Part shown: positions 4,343-5,704 of the stretch, piece after piece
How the letters are laid out: every line of letters begins with the position of its first letter
Position numbering within the stretch: the stretch's first letter is position 1
Assembly: GCA_964457525.1 (NCBI GenBank)
Contig: CAYWGS010000098.1
Span: forward strand, 1-5,704
Length of the DNA stretch: 5,704 bases
From: an uncultured Erysipelotrichaceae bacterium
GTDB taxonomy: Bacteria; Bacillota_I; Bacilli_A; Erysipelotrichales; Erysipelotrichaceae
Direction of reading: 5' to 3'
Program-made: the position numbers and the translations under genes
Notes under the pieces: model-generated
What the model was told of the DNA's origin: nothing
Database searches by the model: none
The model's input: the letters and a program-made list of their open reading frames with translations, nothing else

Positions 4343-5704
4343 TTAAACTCTACTTTCTATTTTTCGAATTAAACGTTCACGAATAATCTTAGCTTCAGGA
4401 ATATTCTTTGTACCATTTAAAATATATATCGCATCAACGATATCCAGATTAACACAATCAACTGTCCCTAATTCTTCATAAGAATAGGAATATTTACTTA
4501 CATCAATACCTGCCATCTGAACACGAATCTTTAAATCTAGAACACGTTCACCACCACCAATGATTTGTTTAATATAATCCTGATTTAAATACTCAAAATC
4601 CGTATCAAAGTACCAAGCATTATTTTCACTTAAGGTATGATGTTCTGTATTCTCATTAATAAGTATAACAGCTGATTTTTGATGATTCTGTTTTCGAATA
4701 TAATCAAATACACGTGATGTCGCAACAGGATTCTGATCCTTAGTCATCATGATAATAATTTTCTTATCTTTTACTGTTACTTCATCAAATCTTGACTTAA
4801 CAATCTTCAACTTATTCAGCTGATCATTAATTTGACGTAGATTCAAACCAATTTTATACAAGAAAGTAATGCATGAAAGCAAATTATAATGATCTGTTAT
4901 ATTATCGCCAATTGTTTTAAAACGAACAATATTATTATCCAATTGAACTAATAATTCATTTTTATTGATATCAAGTTTAGCACTTACATCAGCTGAGATA
5001 GACTTAAAATCACAATTTGGACAATACACACGACCAATATGATGGTAACGGTTGAAATCATAAACTAAAGTATGATTGCACTTTGGACAGTTTACAAGAT
5101 CTTTAATTCGACTATCTTTTATTTCAATTTCATTTTCTATAGGTTCTAAACCAAAACTAATTCGATCATTCCCTTTACATAAAAATGAACTAAGTGGATC
5201 ATCCGCATTTACAATCAACTTCGTCTCTTTTGGAATATACTTCTCTAAAATATCAGTAATAAACTCCACATGCGCATTCCGGCGATAAGAATCTCTAAAC
5301 AAGTTTGTAACAATTAATGTATCCGGTTTAATATGTGGATAAATATACGGTGAAACGCGCTCATCTACTTCTAAAACAATATAATCTGGTTTGATTTTAT
5401 TACCCATAAGATTTGTTGCATTTACCATTGTCGTAATAATACCTTCACGAATATTACTACCCATAAGATTACTAACTACAGAGAAATTCGATTGAACTAA
5501 AACATCACTGATTAAATTTGTGACTGTTGTTTTTCCATTTGTTCCTGTAATAGCAACAAGATTATTCGGTTTTGGTACATACTTCAAAAAATTAGGACAA
5601 ATACGCATTGCAAGTGCACCTGGAAACTGAGTTCCATTCCTACCTAATTTCTTTAATAAAAATACAGATGATTTTGCGCCATATAAGGCAATATAGTATC
5701 GAAT
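4343..5704 (-). CDS. murT: MurT-like Mur-ligase family protein (lipid II isoglutaminyl synthase ligase-subunit homologue), 5'-partial at window edge
   Basis: The frame is open from the stop at 4343-4345 to position 5704. Manual translation upstream of the ORF-track Met (5608) gives IRYYIALYGAKSSVFLLKKLGRNGTQFPGALA-MRICPNFLKYV... This aligns with the S. aureus MurT N-terminus (AIHLAKLARKASRAVGKRGTDLPGQIARKV), so the real start lies a few codons beyond the window. Motifs present: P-loop ITGTNGKTT, LEVDE, TNLFRDSYRR (~TNFFRDQMDR) and NADDP. The MurT-specific Zn ribbon is also present: CPKCNHTLVYDFNRYHHIGRVYCPNCDF. The C-terminal DUF1727-like region (WYFDTDFEYL ~ WIYDADFEKL) is also present. Confidence 0.9.
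   Translation of the reverse strand: MRYYIALYGAKSSVFLLKKLGRNGTQFPGALAMRICPNFLKYVPKPNNLVAITGTNGKTTVTNLISDVLVQSNFSVVSNLMGSNIREGIITTMVNATNLMGNKIKPDYIVLEVDERVSPYIYPHIKPDTLIVTNLFRDSYRRNAHVEFITDILEKYIPKETKLIVNADDPLSSFLCKGNDRISFGLEPIENEIEIKDSRIKDLVNCPKCNHTLVYDFNRYHHIGRVYCPNCDFKSISADVSAKLDINKNELLVQLDNNIVRFKTIGDNITDHYNLLSCITFLYKIGLNLRQINDQLNKLKIVKSRFDEVTVKDKKIIIMMTKDQNPVATSRVFDYIRKQNHQKSAVILINENTEHHTLSENNAWYFDTDFEYLNQDYIKQIIGGGERVLDLKIRVQMAGIDVSKYSYSYEELGTVDCVNLDIVDAIYILNGTKNIPEAKIIRERLIRKIESRV

Noticed and set aside
5076-5288. 70-aa plus-strand ORF antisense to the murT-like gene
   Set aside because: It lies entirely inside a well-supported minus-strand CDS, in the Zn-ribbon and NADD region. It has no SD upstream of its ATG (taaagtATG). 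Its translation is low-complexity and Ser/Phe/Ile-rich, as expected from reading a coding region backwards, and shows no recognisable motif.
5397-5470. 17-bp direct repeat with one mismatch (TTAT/CTACCCATAAGATT at 5397-5413 and 5454-5470), 57 bp apart
   Set aside because: It is in frame within the murT-like gene and encodes NLMG(S/N)(N/K) twice, 19 codons apart. It is most simply a small ancient in-frame duplication or coincidence in an AT-rich gene. It has no flanking structure suggestive of a repeat element or regulatory site.
1-5704. Scan for tRNA/rRNA/ncRNA, CRISPR repeats, IS/transposase or integrase remnants, and long inverted repeats
   Set aside because: Intergenic space totals under 250 bp and is accounted for by promoters, SD sites and one terminator. 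I saw no periodic repeats, terminal inverted repeats or recombinase-like ORFs.

Overview
Densely coded, AT-rich window (about 30% GC by eye). It looks like chromosome from a low-GC Gram-positive anaerobe (Bacillota-like, code 11: TGA is a stop, Trp is TGG). I see seven genes in three transcription units. (i) Minus strand: a murT-like gene and a gatD-like gene 2 nt apart. The murT 5' end runs off the right edge, and the ORF-track Met at 5608 is internal. After a 71-bp gap a class-A flavodiiron protein gene follows with its own promoter and SD. (ii) Plus strand: a 53-aa rubredoxin that converges on the flavodiiron gene and shares a bidirectional rho-independent terminator with it. (iii) Minus strand, divergent from rubredoxin: a membrane-anchored DUF1287 (NlpC/P60-like) protein, then a PatA/AspB-type class-I aminotransferase. 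Overlapping the aminotransferase stop by ATGA is the start of an integral membrane protein that runs off the left edge and is absent from the ORF track. I saw no RNA genes, CRISPR arrays or mobile elements. The stand-out observation concerns the MurT/GatD-like pair. It keeps the MurT P-loop, Mur-ligase motifs and Zn ribbon. However, all three residues of the inter-subunit glutaminase triad known from S. aureus (GatD Cys94, GatD His189, MurT Asp349) appear substituted, as do the surrounding GATase motifs. That suggests a Mur-type ligase partnered with a pseudo-glutaminase, and hence an ammonia-dependent or differently specified stem-peptide modification. All homology statements come from reading the translations against recalled family motifs, not from searches.
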